Positions 28,209 through 42,387 are shown, counted from the stretch's first letter. The stretch is 64,000 bases of DNA from Eledone cirrhosa (GCA_964016885.1 OZ024741.1:189782001-189846000), one strand, 5' to 3'. Notes: generated by a model not told the origin, from the letters alone. Numbers and translations: made by a program.

Positions 28209-28951
28209 CAATATATAACAGTTTTACAAATAAGCTTTGACGTACCCTATTAAAATGCAACCATTATTTTTGGAAGCCATCCGGATACTCCAAATACTTG
28301 TCGAGTGCTTTATATCAGTTATAAAAATATTTACTTGTTGTATCCCAACAATTTTAAATAGAACTTTTGCATATATATATATATATATATATTTATTTAG
28401 GTTTGAGGTTATTTCTGATAGTTATACTGATTATTTGTCAGTTATACAATGGGGCAGTAGTCATTACAGAGTAATATAGAAAGTATGTAATGTGACAGCT
28501 GTGGCCAGGTGATATCCATCGCTCTCATACCAATGATTTGTGCAGGATGGTTGTTTTGCTGGGAGGTTTGGGGTAGGGTTTTGAAGAATATGTTTGAATT
28601 TTAATTTATGTCTTGTGTGGTATGTATCTGGTGAGTGGAGTTGAGTGTAGGATTATGATTTACATTTGCTTGAGTTCATGAATAGTATGGGTTTGATATA
28701 GATTTCTTTACATAGTGGTTGTGTAGGTGTCACAACACAAAGCACCCAACCCACACTGTAAAGTGGTCATGTAGGTGTCATGGCAAAAATCACCCAGCAC
28801 ACACTGTAAATGTGGTTGGCATTAGGAAGGGCATCCAGCCATAGAAACCAATCCAGAATCAGTTCTGTGTGAGCAAAACACAGTCTCAAACAAGACACCC
28901 ATCTAACCCATGCTAGTGTAGAAGAATGGCCATTAAACGGTGATGATGATG

Positions 28952-28999
<48 letters not shown>

Positions 29000-29002
<3 letters not shown>

Positions 29003-29400
29003 AAATAACAGATTAAAGTTTAAGCAAAGAATCGCTGCTTTCACCCTTAACGGGATCTTCTGAAACTAAAAAAAATCAATCTGTGAACGCAGAAGTAAAT
29101 ATTTCGAAAAACGTTGCAACCGAAGGAAAACAGGAAGACAATACTTTGGTTCGTGAAGACGTTCTCTGACAATGAACGGAAAAAAGTGAAGTTAATATGT
29201 CGTAATGGGAAGCGATGAGAACAATTACACGCAAAGACAAAACCACGTTTATGGTATAAATGGAGTCATTAGACTAATATTCTATTTAGGCAACCGAATG
29301 ATTCTCGGCTTCGGAGTTAAGAATAATGTAAATAAATTAGTTGAACGAAAATGACAGAGGTTATTAAAATCATAAAAGTAATAATAATTAAATATATACA
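29000..29400. mobile_element. Helitron-internal derived fragment (homologous to 49365-49565, also ~2150-2340 and ~40640-40675)
   Basis: attaaagtttaagcaaagaatc.ctgctttcacccttaacgggatcttctgaaac is shared with the Helitron. Confidence 0.65.
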
Positions 29401-29604
29401 TACACACATCTATATACGTACATACACGTGCATATGCGAAAACACACACCATGCATATACATGCCTGTACACATAAACGCACACACACATACGTAAACCG
29501 GCGTGGCGCATAAAAAGTCAGGACCCCTATGGCTGAGCACTTGCTGTTTCAACAACTAGTTCTAAACTTTAGTACATAACACACATACACACACACACAC
29601 ACAT

Positions 29605-29642
<38 letters not shown>

Positions 29643-29644
<2 letters not shown>

Positions 29645-29992
29645 CATCATCATCATCATCATTTCATTTTACGTCCGCTTTTACCCTGCTTGCAAGGGTG
29701 GGACGGGAACTGATTCTAGTTTGATTTCTACAGCTGGATGCCCTTCCTAACACCAACCTCATTTACAGTGAGTGCTGGGTGCTTTTTTGCCGTGGCACCT
29801 CCACGACCACTTTGCAGTGGAATGATATGGAACCCAGTCCCTATCATCTCATTTCTACAGCTAAGTAAACTGGAGCAATGTGAAATAAAGTGTCTTGCTC
29901 AAGGAAACAACACATCACCCGGTCTGAGAATTGAACTCACAACCTTTCGATTGCAAGGCCAATGCTCTAACCACTAAGCCATGTGCCTCCAT
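29643..29992 (-). mobile_element. SINE family B
   Basis: Full-length reverse complement copy. Confidence 0.88.
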
Positions 29993-30473
29993 ATATATAC
30001 AAATATGTAATGTACCAAAACTGCTTGCCACACTGACCAACTTAATGCACTAGTCTCTCTGCTCCCAGCACCAACACATACAATTCCACCACCTTCACCA
30101 TATATGTACCCATTTCAGTAGCGAGCATACCTGTTTCTCTTTGATCTCCTTATTGATTATATTCAATACATTAGTATTAATTGTAGTGGCATGTATAGTA
30201 AGAATTAGTATGTGTGAAGGTAATTGGATAGTGGTACTGAGAAGGTGAATAATAGTACTGCAATTGTTGTTGAGATTGTGGAGATGATGTTATTGGTGAT
30301 TGTGGTAGTAGTTAAGGAGAACAGTGCAGGTAGAGAGACTTGAACTCACAAGCCTTATGGGTGGATTAATTATAGTGCCTGTTCTTATTCAGCTTTAAAT
30401 ATTATAAAAAATGTATCGCATCATGGCTTCAGTCAACTGACTTGAAACCAGTATTTAAGTAAAATGGAATGTA

Positions 30474-30920
30474 CAGTGTACAGACACACACATATACATA
30501 TATACACATATGTGTGAGTATATACAGTGTACAGACACACATATACATATATACACATATGTGTGAGTATATACAGTGTACAGACACACATATACATATA
30601 TACACATATGTGTGAGTATATACAGTGTACAGACACACATATACATATATACACATATGTGTGAGTATATACAGTGTACAGACACACATATACATATATA
30701 CACATATGTGTGAGTATATACAGTGTACAGACACACATATACATAGATACACATATGTGTGAGTATATACAGTGTACAGACACACATATACATATATACA
30801 CATATGTGTGAGTATATACAGTGTACAGACACACATATACATATATACACATATGTGTGAGTATATACAGTGTACAGACACACATATACATAGATACACA
30901 TATGTGTGAGTATATACAGT
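30474..30920. repeat. 49-bp minisatellite, ~9 copies
   Basis: Unit cagtgtacagacacacatatacatatatacacatatgtgtgagtatata. Confidence 0.95.
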
Positions 30921-31271
30921 TATACCCCAGTATTTGCTGGAATTACATTCCTAGAGCACCTGCGAGAAGTGGAAAAAAGCAAATATTGGATGTGGTCCAT
31001 AAAAATGCCTATAAATGTCAAAACATAACGTAAAATATAATTTTTAAATATAGGTAGAGTCCTATGCAAAGGGGCATCCAATAGGCTGGCAAATATGGTT
31101 ATTAATAATTTAGCATTAAAAAATATATATTGCCACAAAAAAAGCCATTAAAAAATCACGGAAGATATTTACGATTCTGTGAATATGCTGTGATTTCCAC
31201 AAACAATTATTAGTTAGGTTCTAAGGAAAATTCCACGAATAACCAGGACCGCGAATGCCAGGGGTACATTA
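30917..31271. mobile_element. Decayed Tc1/mariner-pogo-type MITE
   Basis: TA|cagttataccccagtatttgc ... gcgaatgccaggggtacatta|TA, an imperfect TIR pair. Confidence 0.55.
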
Positions 31272-32741
31272 TATATGTATGTATTTGCATTTCAGTTAAC
31301 TGACAACACTTGAAGAAGCATCCAGTGACATTTGTTTATGTCCTACATAAAGAATATATTCTTTAACCTAGTGTTTAAAAGAAGATGAGCAATATACACT
31401 GTCATATATTTATAAAGGAAGTGTGGGCTAGCATTTAAGTATAGCACCTCACCATAGTAAAACTGCCTCCAAAATATCTTATCCAATCCATGCCAGCAAT
31501 GAAAATAACCCAATCTCATTTACAGAAATGTACTTATATTTTAAACAATTTTACTGTCATCTTGGTTAGATGTTTTATTTTTTTCTTAAAAGAATATAAT
31601 TTCTTTGTTTTCTTTTTAAATGCAATACAGCTATTATTTTTGTTATTATTGTACATTATTCTGTCAGAAACCAAAATAGCAGTGCCACTTATACAACTGA
31701 GCATAGATTTTTTTTTAATTCCCCTCCTCACTAACCTTTTTATAATGCTTTCTTTAAAAAATACAGTCTTTGATCATCATTGATTAAGAATCTGACCCAT
31801 AAAAATTGTTCTTTAATTTCTCAAAATACAAAACAATAAGAAATCTCAATCCAAAGTTTTATGAATGTATTTATATATTAATTGCATGGAATAAAGAAGA
31901 TGAATGTCTTGTAATAGCTGTATTAGATTTCAAAATAATGAAAGCAATGTGTATTTAATAATGAAAGCATTAGTATTGTAATATTTCACTTTCTGAAAAT
32001 CTTAAATGTTGCTTCAATTTATTAAGGATGAAAATGTAATTACAAAACAAAATATGTTTCTACATTTCAAACAAAGCACCCAGCCCACACTAATGTGGTT
32101 GGTGTTAGGAAGGGCTTCCAGTTGCAGAAACCAAGCCAAAATACAGATCCATATGAACATACCATGGTCTCCAACCTGACTTGTCTCATAATGTGACAAC
32201 CCATCTAACCCATGCAAACATGGAAAAATGGATATTAAATGATGTTGATACATATACATATATGTGTGAGTGTGAGTGTGAGTGTGACACAAATACCGAA
32301 CAGTGCTTAACTCCGCAACCCTCTACTCATAACTCCACATCTCTCCACTCACTGTGTTCCCTCATCATCTCCTCTGTGAGTCTCAGTGATTTGAGATCAG
32401 CTCTCACCACATCTGCCCAGGTCTTTCTTGATCTACCACTGCAGCTTCCTTCTAATGGGATTTCCTGCCACTTCTTTACCTAGCAATCATCCATGCATAT
32501 CACATGTCCATACCAAAGCAGTCTTCTCTCCTGCACACCACCTCAGATTCTTTTGAACCCAGCTTATCCAAGCTCTGCCTTTCTCTCACATTTACAGTGT
32601 ACATCCAACAAAATATTGTTTCTTCATTTCTCTCCAGTCTACACATGTCCACTGCAGTCACAGCCCTTGTTTAACTACCATACAGCATCACACTTTGCTC
32701 ACAGGCATCATAGAGTCGTCATTTTGTACACAGGGAGAATA

Positions 32742-32805
<64 letters not shown>

Positions 32806-32822
32806 TATGTATATATATACTT

Positions 32823-32865
<43 letters not shown>

Positions 32866-32879
32866 CGTATATATATATT

Positions 32880-34310
32880 GTAAAAGTTGGTGTTCATCAA
32901 GGCTCTGTCCTTAGCCCCCCCTCTATTTATTATTGCCCTTCAGGCTATAACAGAGGAGTTCAAGACCAGCTGCCCATGGGAACTTCTATATGCAGATGAT
33001 CTAACTCTCATAGATGAATCAATGGCTGAACTAGAGAAGAAATTCCAAACATGGAAGCATGGCCTAGAATCAAAAGGCCTTAAAGTTAACTTGTCTAAGA
33101 CTAAAGTTCTAGTATGTAGAAAGGAAAATAGGGTACAGGTACCCTCTGGGAAATGGCCATGCTCAGTGTGTAGGAAAGGAGTAGGCAGAAATTCCATTTT
33201 ATGTCCCAAATGCAAACTATGGGTACATAAAAGATGTAGTGGAATCACAGTCAAGCTATCTAAGAACGTAGATTTTATATGTGGCCAATGCTCAGGTGCA
33301 ATAAGTAGCAAGTGCCCACAGGATACTAGCTCCTTCTATTGCCCAGATGGTTCTATAGAAATAGTGGACACCTTCCGTTACCTGGGTGACAAAATCAGCA
33401 GTGGTGGAGGGTGTTCTGAAAGTACAGTAGCCAGAGTCAGAACAGGATGGAAAAAGTTCAGAGAGCTTATACCACTATTGGCCACTAAAGGTTTCTCTCT
33501 AAAAATGAAAGGCAGATTGTATGATGCCTGTATACAAACAGCAATGTTACATGGCAGTGAGACCTGGGCATTGTGTGCAGAGGACCTGCGCAGACTGGAG
33601 AGGAACGAAACATCCATGTTCCGTTGGATGTGTAATAGTAATATACGCGAACGGCAAAGCATACATGAACTATGTGAGAAATTAGGAATAAGGGGGATCA
33701 GATGTTGTTTACTCGAGAGAAGACTACGTTGGTATGGTCACGTGATGCGCATGAAAGACGACAGTTGTATAAAAAAGTGCAGGGCGATCAAAATTGATAG
33801 AAGTTACCGAGTAGGTAGACCCAGAAAAACCTGGCACGATTTGATAAATTCCGACCTTACACACTTACACCTCTCTAAGATAATGTCACTGGACTTAGAT
33901 CTTTGGTGCTATGCAGTAATACAGAAGACCCGGCTTGCCTATGTACAAAGCAAAACCTACAGTCAGTAGGCACCTCTTAACCAAATATATACCCCATCCC
34001 ACTACCCTTACTCCACCCACCCCCCACTCCCATCAACACTACCCTTTCTCTGTAAAGTTATGTTGGTACCACAACATCCAGTCCAAAATAAATGTAGGTG
34101 TCATGACAAAAAAACACACAGTCCATGCTGTAATGTGGCCATGTAGGTAACACGGTAAAAACCTCTCAGTCCACACTGTAAACGGGGTTGGTGTTAGGAA
34201 GGGCATCCAGTCGTAGAAAACCTGCCAGACCATTCTTGCCTCAAGTAGGACAACTCCCATCTAAACCCATGCTAGTGTGGAAGATAGACGTTAAACGATG
34301 ATGATGATAT
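32880..34310 (+). mobile_element. 5'-truncated RTE LINE (RT C-half, PHD-like finger, 3' UTR)
   Basis: ORF 32887-33969 with LLYADDL, KWPCSVC...C..C..WVH..C...C..C and FRYLGD; (GAT)n tail; (TA)n flanks. Confidence 0.93.
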
Positions 34311-35021
34311 ATATATATTACTATTTTACAATGTAACATACAATCTAACTTCAAAATAATTGACAGTTGTGTTAGATTTATTTTTTTAGAATTCACAGTT
34401 TGGCAATTTTCTATTCACATAATTGCTTTGTGTCTTTTCCACTTCTGTAATTTGATGCCAGTAAACTCATTACCATTATTCTAATAATCACTGATATCTA
34501 TTCATTCCATTTCTATACTCAATATTCACTCTTTACTAATTTCTACTTTTTTTTTGTGTAATTTTGAAAAGTATAATGTAATTTTTTTTTTCCTCTTCAC
34601 ACCTTTTCTTTTGTTACTATAATTTGTCACTTTTGGCTCAGATCTTGGAATCTTCTATTTGATGAATACCATAATTCTTTTGCCATTTTCTTTCTATAGA
34701 TAACTAGTACGTAACCGAAGGCAGTGACATTAGAACATTGGATAAAATGCTTTGTGGTATTTATTCCTGTTCTCTGCATTCTTGAGTTCAACTCTCACTG
34801 AGGTTAACTTTGCCTTTCATCCTTTGAAGGTTGATAAAAGAAGTACCTGTCTTGTGGTTTATTCTTCCTCTATATCATTTTATCATTTCTTCTCTATCCC
34901 ACTTTTTCATGCTTGCATGGATTGGATGGGTCCTTTCTAGCACACACACATGCAAATATATATATATATATATAAACGGAAAAAATGAAACGAAATTTCA
35001 TTTCCCACTCTTAGTGTACAT

Positions 35022-35104
<83 letters not shown>

Positions 35105-35309
35105 ACTATCAACAAAGAACACTTTTGGTATGAATTAAAGCATTTGAGAACATTTGCTAGAAATAGCAGCCAAATCTCCCCCTCATGCCAAACCCAATTG
35201 CTACCAACTGCTGCTGGATATATTGACAGTCCAAATTGGTTCTTATTTTGAGTTACTAGATGAGTCAAAGAATAATGTCTTGGTCATATATTCCATACAT
35301 AAATATCAT

Positions 35310-38300
35310 CATTATCATCATCACTGTTTAATGTCCATTTTCCATGCTAGCATGGGTTAGATGAGTTGTCTTCTTGTGAGATAGACCAGGTCAGATGACG
35401 ATGTCTTACTCGTAGAGAACTGATTTAGGCTTGGTTTCTACACCTGGATGCCCTTCCTAACGCCAACCTCATTTACTGTGAGTACTGGGTGCATTTTATC
35501 ATGACACAACCATATCCTCATTTACTGTTTGAACTGGGTACTTGTTGTCATGACACCTTTACGACCACTTTGCAGTGTGGGTTGGGGGCTTTGGTGGGAA
35601 GTATGTGTGGGGATTAGAGAAGTGGGTGTGAGAGGCAGAGTGTTAGAACATGTGAGGTATTTGGAAGGTGGTATGAAGGTTGAGATGAAGGTGCTGCATA
35701 CCAGATGTATGCTTCAGCCTGTGCTCATGTGAGGTCTAAGGAAGGGGTATTGAGATGAAGGTGCTGCATACTACATGTATGCTTCAGCCTGTGCTCATGT
35801 GAGGTCTAAGGAAGGGGTATTGAGATGAAGGTGCTGCATACTACATGTATGCTTCAGCCTGTGCTCATGTGAGGTCTAAGGAAGGGGTATTGAGATGAAG
35901 GTGCTGCATACTACATGTATGCTTCAGCCTGTGCTCATGTGAGGTCTAAGGAAGGGGTATTGAGATGAAGGTGCTGCATACTACATGTATGCTTCAGCCT
36001 GTGCTCATGTGAGGTCTAAGGAAGGGGTATTGAGATGAAGGTGCTGCATACCAGATGTATGCTTCAGCCTATGCTCATGTGAGGTCTAAGGAAGGGGTAT
36101 TGAGATGAAGGTGCTGCATACCAGATGTATGCTTCAGCCTGTGCTCATGTGAGGTCTAAGGAAGGGGTATTGAGCTGAAGGTGCTGCATACCAGATGTAT
36201 GCTTCAGCCTATGCTCATGTGAGGTCTAAGGAAGGGGTATTGAGATGAAGGTGCTGCATACCAGATGTATGCTTCAGCCTGTGCTCATGTGAGGTCTAAG
36301 GAAGGGGTATTGAGATGAAGGTGCTGCATACCAGATGTATGCTTCAGCCTATGCTCATGTGAGGTCTAAGGAAGGGGTATTGAGATTAAGGTGCTGCATA
36401 CCAGATGTATGCTTCAGCCTGTGCTCATGTGAGGTCTAAGGAAGGGGTATTGAGCTGAAGGTGCTGCATACCAGATGTATGCTTCAGCCTATGCTCATGT
36501 GAGGTCTAAGGAAGGGGTATTGAGATTAAGGTGCTGCATACCAGATGTATGCTTCAGCCTGTGCTCATGTGAGGTCTAAGGAAGGGGTATTGAGATGAAG
36601 GTGCTGCATACCAGATGTATGCTTCAGCCTGTGCTCATGTGAGGTCTAAGGAAGGGGTATTGAGCTGAAGGTGCTGCATACCAGATGTATGCTTCAGCCT
36701 ATGCTCATGTGAGGTCTAAGGAAGGGGTATTGAGCTGAAGGTGCTGCATACCAGATGTATGCTTCAGCCTGTGCTCATGTGAGGTCTAAGGAAGGGGTAT
36801 TGAGATGAAGGTGCTACATACCAGATGTATGCTTCAGCCTGTGCTCATGTGAGGTCTAAGGAAGGGGTATTGAGATGAAGGTGCTGCATACCAGATGTAT
36901 GCTTCAGCCTGTGCTCATGTGAGGTCTAAGGAAGGGGTATTGAGATGAAGGTGCTACATACCAGATGTATGCTTCAGCCTGTGCTCATGTGAGGTCTAAG
37001 GAAGGGGTATTGAGATGAAGGTGTTGCATACTACATGTATGCTTCAGCCTGTGCTCATGTGAGGTCTAAGGAAGGGGTATTGAGATGAAGGTGCTGCATA
37101 CTACATGTATGCTTCAGCCTGTGCTCATGTGAGGTCTAAGGAAGGGGTATTGAGATGAAGGTGCTGCATACTACATGTATGCTTCAGCCTGTGCTCATGT
37201 GAGGTCTAAGGAAGGGGTATTGAGATGAAGGTGCTGCATACTACATGTATGCTTCAGCCTGTGCTCATGTGAGGTCTAAGGAAGGGGTATTGAGCTGAAG
37301 GTGCTGCATACTACATGTATGCTTCAGCCTGTGCTCATGTGAGGTCTAAGGAAGGGGTATTGAGATGAAGGTGCTGCATACTACATGTATGCTTCAGCCT
37401 GTGCTCATGTGAGGTCTAAGGAAGGGGTATTGAGATGAAGGTGCTGCATACTACATGTATGCTTCAGCCTGTGCTCATGTGAGGTCTAAGGAAGGGGTAT
37501 TGAGATGAAGGTGCTGCATACTACATGTATGCTTCAGCCTGTGCTCATGTGAGGTCTAAGGAAGGGGTATTGAGATGAAGGTGCTGCATACCAGATGTAT
37601 GCTTCAGCCTGTGCTCATGTGAGGTCTAAGGAAGGGGTATTGAGATGAAGGTGCTACATACCAGATGTATGCTTCAGCCTGTGCTCATGTGAGGTCTAAG
37701 GAAGGGGTATTGAGATGAAGGTGCTGCATACCAGATGTATGCTTCAGCCTGTGCTCATGTGAGGTCTAAGGAAGGGGTATTGAGCTGAAGGTGCTGCATA
37801 CTACATGTATGCTTCAGCCTGTGCTCATGTGAGGTCTAAGGAAGGGGTATTGAGCTGAAGGTGCTGCATACCAGATGTATGCTTCAGCTTGTGCTCATGT
37901 GAGGTCTAAGGAAGGGGTATTGAGATGAAGGTGCTGCATACTACATGTATGCTTCAGCCTGTGCTCATGTGAGGTCTAAGGAAGGGGTATTGAGATGAAG
38001 GTGCTGCATACCAGATGTATGCTTCAGCCTGTGCTCATGTGAGGTCTAAGGAAGGGGTATTGAGCTGAAGGTGCTGCATACCAGATGTATGCTTCAGCTT
38101 GTGCTCATGTGAGGTCTAAGGAAGGGGTATTGAGATGAAGGTGCTGCATACCAGATGTATGCTTCAGCCTGTGCTCATGTGAGGTCTAAGGAAGGGGTAT
38201 TGAGATTAAGGTGCTGCATACCAGATGTATGCTTCAGCCTGTGCTCATGTGAGGTCTAAGGAAGGGGTATTGAGATTAAGGTGCTGCATACCAGATGTAT

Positions 38301-40563
38301 GCTTCAGCCTGTGCTCATGTGAGGTCTAAGGAAGGGGTATTGAGATGAAGGTGCTGCATACTACATGTATACTTCAGCCTGTGCTCATGTGAGGTCTAAG
38401 GAAGGGGTATTGAGATTAAGGTGCTGCATACCAGATGTATGCTTCAGCCTGTGCTCATGTGAGGTCTAAGGAAGGGGTATTGAGCTGAAGGTGCTGCATA
38501 CTACATGTATGCTTCAGCCTGTGCTCATGTGAGGTCTAAGGAAGGGGTATTGAGATGAAGGTGCTGCATACCAGATGTATGCTTCAGCCTGTGCTCATGT
38601 GAGGTCTAAGGAAGGGGTATTGAGCTGAATGTGCTGCATACTACATGTATGCTTCAGCCTGTGCTCATGTGAGGTCTAAGGAAGGGGTATTGAGATGAAG
38701 GTGCTGCATACCAGATGTATGCTTCAGCCTGTGCTCATGTGAGGTCTAAGGAAGGGGTATTGAGCTGAATGTGCTGCATACTACATGTATGCTTCAGCCT
38801 GTGCTCATGTGAGGTCTAAGGAAGGGGTATTGAGATTAAGGTGCTGCATACCAGATGTATGCTTCAGCCTGTGCTCATGTGAGGTCTAAGGAAGGGGTAT
38901 TGAGATGAAGGTGCTGCATACCAGATGTATGCTTCAGCCTGTGCTCATGTGAGGTCTAAGGAAGGGGTATTGAGATGAAGGTGCTGCATACCAGATGTAT
39001 GCTTCAGCCTGTGCTCATGTGAGGTCTAAGGAAGGGGTATTGAGCTGAAGGTGCTGCATACTACATGTATGCTTCAGCCTGTGCTCATGTGAGGTCTAAG
39101 GAAGGGGTATTGAGATGAAGGTGCTGCATACCAGATGTATGCTTCAGCCTGTGCTCATGTGAGGTCTAAGGAAGGGGTATTGAGATTAAGGTGCTGCATA
39201 CTACATGTATGCTTCAGCCTGTGCTCATGTGAGGTCTAAGGAAGGGGTATTGAGCTGAAGGTGCTGCATACCAGATGTATGCTTCAGCCTGTGCTCATGT
39301 GAGGTCTAAGGAAGGGGTATTGAGATGAAGGTGCTGCATACCAGATGTATGCTTCAGCCTGTGCTCATGTGAGGTCTAAGGAAGGGGTATTGAGCTGAAG
39401 GTGCTGCATACCAGATGTATGCTTCAGCCTGTGCTCATGTGAGGTCTAAGGAAGGGGTATTGAGATGAAGGTGCTGCATACCAGATGTATGCTTCAGCCT
39501 GTGCTCATGTGAGGTCTAAGGAAGGGGTATTGAGATGAAGGTGCTGCATACCAGATGTATGCTTCAGCCTGTGCTCATGTGAGGTCTAAGGAAGGGGTAT
39601 TGAGCTGAAGGTGCTGCATACCAGATGTATGCTTCAGCCTGTGCTCATGTGAGGTCTAAGGAAGGGGTATTGAGATGAAGGTGCTGCATACCAGATGTAT
39701 GCTTCAGCCTGTGCTCATGTGAGGTCTAAGGAAGGGGTATTGAGCTGAAGGTGCTGCATACCAGATGTATGCTTCAGCCTGTGCTCATGTGAGGTCTAAG
39801 GAAGGGGTATTGAGCTGAAGGTGCTGCATACCAGATGTATGCTTCAGCCTGTGCTCATGTGAGGTCTAAGGAAGGGGTATTGAGATGAAGGTGCTGCATA
39901 CCAGATGTATGCTTCAGCCTGTGCTCATGTGAGGTCTAAGGAAGGGGTATTGAGCTGAAGGTGCTGCATACCAGATGTATGCTTCAGCCTGTGCTCATGT
40001 GAGGTCTAAGGAAGGGGTATTGAGCTGAAGGTGCTGCATACCAGATGTATGCTTCAGCCTGTGCTCATGTGAGGTCTAAGGAAGGGGTATTGAGCTGAAG
40101 GTGCTGCATACCAGATGTATGCTTCAGCCTGTGCTCATGTGAGGTCTAAGGAAGGGGTATTGAGATGAAGGTGCTGCATACCAGATGTATGCTTCAGCCT
40201 GTGCTCATGTGAGGTCTAAGGAAGGGGTATTGAGCTGAAGGTGCTGCATACCAGATGTATGCTTCAGCTTGTGCTCATGTGAGGTCTAAGGAAGGGGTAT
40301 TGAGCTGAAGGTGCTGCATACTACATGTATGCTTCAACCTGATATCATGGTATTGTGCCATTGCCTTTCAGAGATGCAATTGTGCAAGGTCAGCTTTTAT
40401 TACCTCATCCAAAGTCTCCCTGGATCTTTCTACTCCATAGCTTCCATCAACATTGAGTGCTCTGCACCTTTTTATACAGCTCTCATCCTTCATATGCGTC
40501 ACATGTCCATACCAACTCAATCTCCTCTCCTACACACCGCATCTGATTTCTCTAATGCCTAAC
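35310..40563 (-). mobile_element. Old RTE LINE 3' fragment containing the 70-bp array in its 3' UTR
   Basis: 35310-35680 is RTE 3' UTR/(CAT)n; 40340-40563 is the RTE ORF C-terminus on the minus strand. Confidence 0.75.
35681..40340. repeat. 70-bp minisatellite, ~66.5 copies
   Basis: Unit tgagatgaaggtgctgcataccagatgtatgcttcagcctgtgctcatgtgaggtctaaggaaggggtat, invariant in length, with a few recurrent substitution variants. Confidence 0.98.
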
Positions 40564-40671
40564 ATATATATATAATCTAATATAGAAATGGCTTCTACGG
40601 GACTAGAACTGTTTCATTCGAAGGAAATCATCAGAAAACCTCCGATTCTTTGCTTAAACTTTAATCTGTTA

Positions 40672-40760
<89 letters not shown>

Positions 40761-40767
40761 ATATATG

Positions 40768-40814
<47 letters not shown>

Positions 40815-40823
40815 TTATATATG

Positions 40824-40883
<60 letters not shown>

Positions 40884-41011
40884 ATCAAGGTTTAGTAAAT
40901 AAGAAAAAGTTTAAAATTAGATTTCAAAAAATTCACTGTACTCACTATGGTTACCTTTACCGAATCGGTTTCGAGTCTTTGCGTGTAGGGATATATACTT
41001 TATTATTATTA

Positions 41012-41064
<53 letters not shown>

Positions 41065-41291
41065 ACAGGGAGAAAGAGATGGTTATTAGGAAGAATAATA
41101 TATTTTCTTCCTTTTTTATTTCTTTCTCTCTTTTTTCTGGGTTAGAAAATGATTAAAACGAAATGTTTTACTTTGTGTGAAGTGTTAAGGTATTAGTTGA
41201 TTTATTTATTAATTAATAATGGCATTTATTTATCTATTTATATATTTAATAATTGTCTATTACCGGTTTCAGCATTTTTATGCATTATCAA

Positions 41292-41322
<31 letters not shown>

Positions 41323-41584
41323 TGCTAAACAAATTCAGAAACGAAATATATATATTTGATAATGCATATATATATTTGATAATGCTGAAACCGGTAATAG
41401 ACAATTAAATTGCCTTGTCCGATGAACGAATGAGGACGTTTTTCATATTCGTCTTATTCGGGAAATCTCTGGTAATGAGGTAATTATATTGTATTGTTTA
41501 TTATTCATTAAATTTAGCTCTGGTACTTACATAGAACACTCTTCACTCCTATGACTTTTTCAATTTTCAACGGTAACTTCAATA

Positions 41585-41621
<37 letters not shown>

Positions 41622-41684
41622 AGCGAAGCAAGCGGTTATTAAACAACTTTCTAAATAACCACTTTTATATATATATATATATAT

Positions 41685-42297
41685 CATCATCATCATCATC
41701 ACCGTTTTACGTCCGTTCTTCCACGCTAGCATGGGTTAGACGGGTTGTCCTGTTGTGGGCAGTGTCTGGTCGGCTGACCATGCCTTGCTCATACAGGAAC
41801 TGATCTGGCTTGATTTCTACAGCTGGATGCCCTTCCTAACACCAACCTCATTTACAGTGAGTGCTGGGTGCTTTTTCGTGGCGCCTACACGTCCACTTTA
41901 CAGTGTGGGCTGGGTGCTTTTTTTTTGCCGTGGCACCTCCACGACCACCTTGCGGTGGGGGGAGTGGGGGCATATTGTTTATATGCTTCAGCATGTACCC
42001 ATGGGAGGTCGGGTACCCTGTATTACTGCGTGACGCCAGAAGTCACGGTCGTGTGTCATCGTCTTTGAGAGGTGTAGTTGGGTAAGGTCGGCTTTTATCA
42101 CCTCATCCCAAGTCATCTTGGGTCTCCCCACTCCGCGGTTTCCATCAACTTCTAGTGCTCTGAACCTTTTTATGCAGCTGTCATCCTTCATACGCATCAC
42201 ATGTCCATACCAGCGTAACCGCCTCTCCTGCACGCAGCATTTGATTCCTCTTATGCTCAGTCTCTCTCTCAATTCCTTTATGCTTTGTCGTTCACGT
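41685..42297 (-). mobile_element. RTE LINE 3' part
   Basis: ORF 41988-42332 (RRLRWYGHVMRM, GRPKMTW); (CAT)n tail. Confidence 0.9.
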
Positions 42298-42387
42298 ATA
42301 TATATATATATTGGAATATATATATATATCACGTATATATATATATATTGGAATATATATATATATCACGTATATATATATATATTG

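Noticed and set aside
30429-30901. ~150-aa Cys/Tyr-rich repeat ORFs
   Set aside because: Open frames through the 49-bp minisatellite; no protein signature.
35681-40340. CRISPR array or coding repeat
   Set aside because: Units are contiguous with no unique spacers, there are no cas genes, the context is eukaryotic, and the ORF track shows no long ORF across the array.
35681-40340. Hammerhead-containing satellite
   Set aside because: Neither strand of the unit contains CUGANGA or GAAA.
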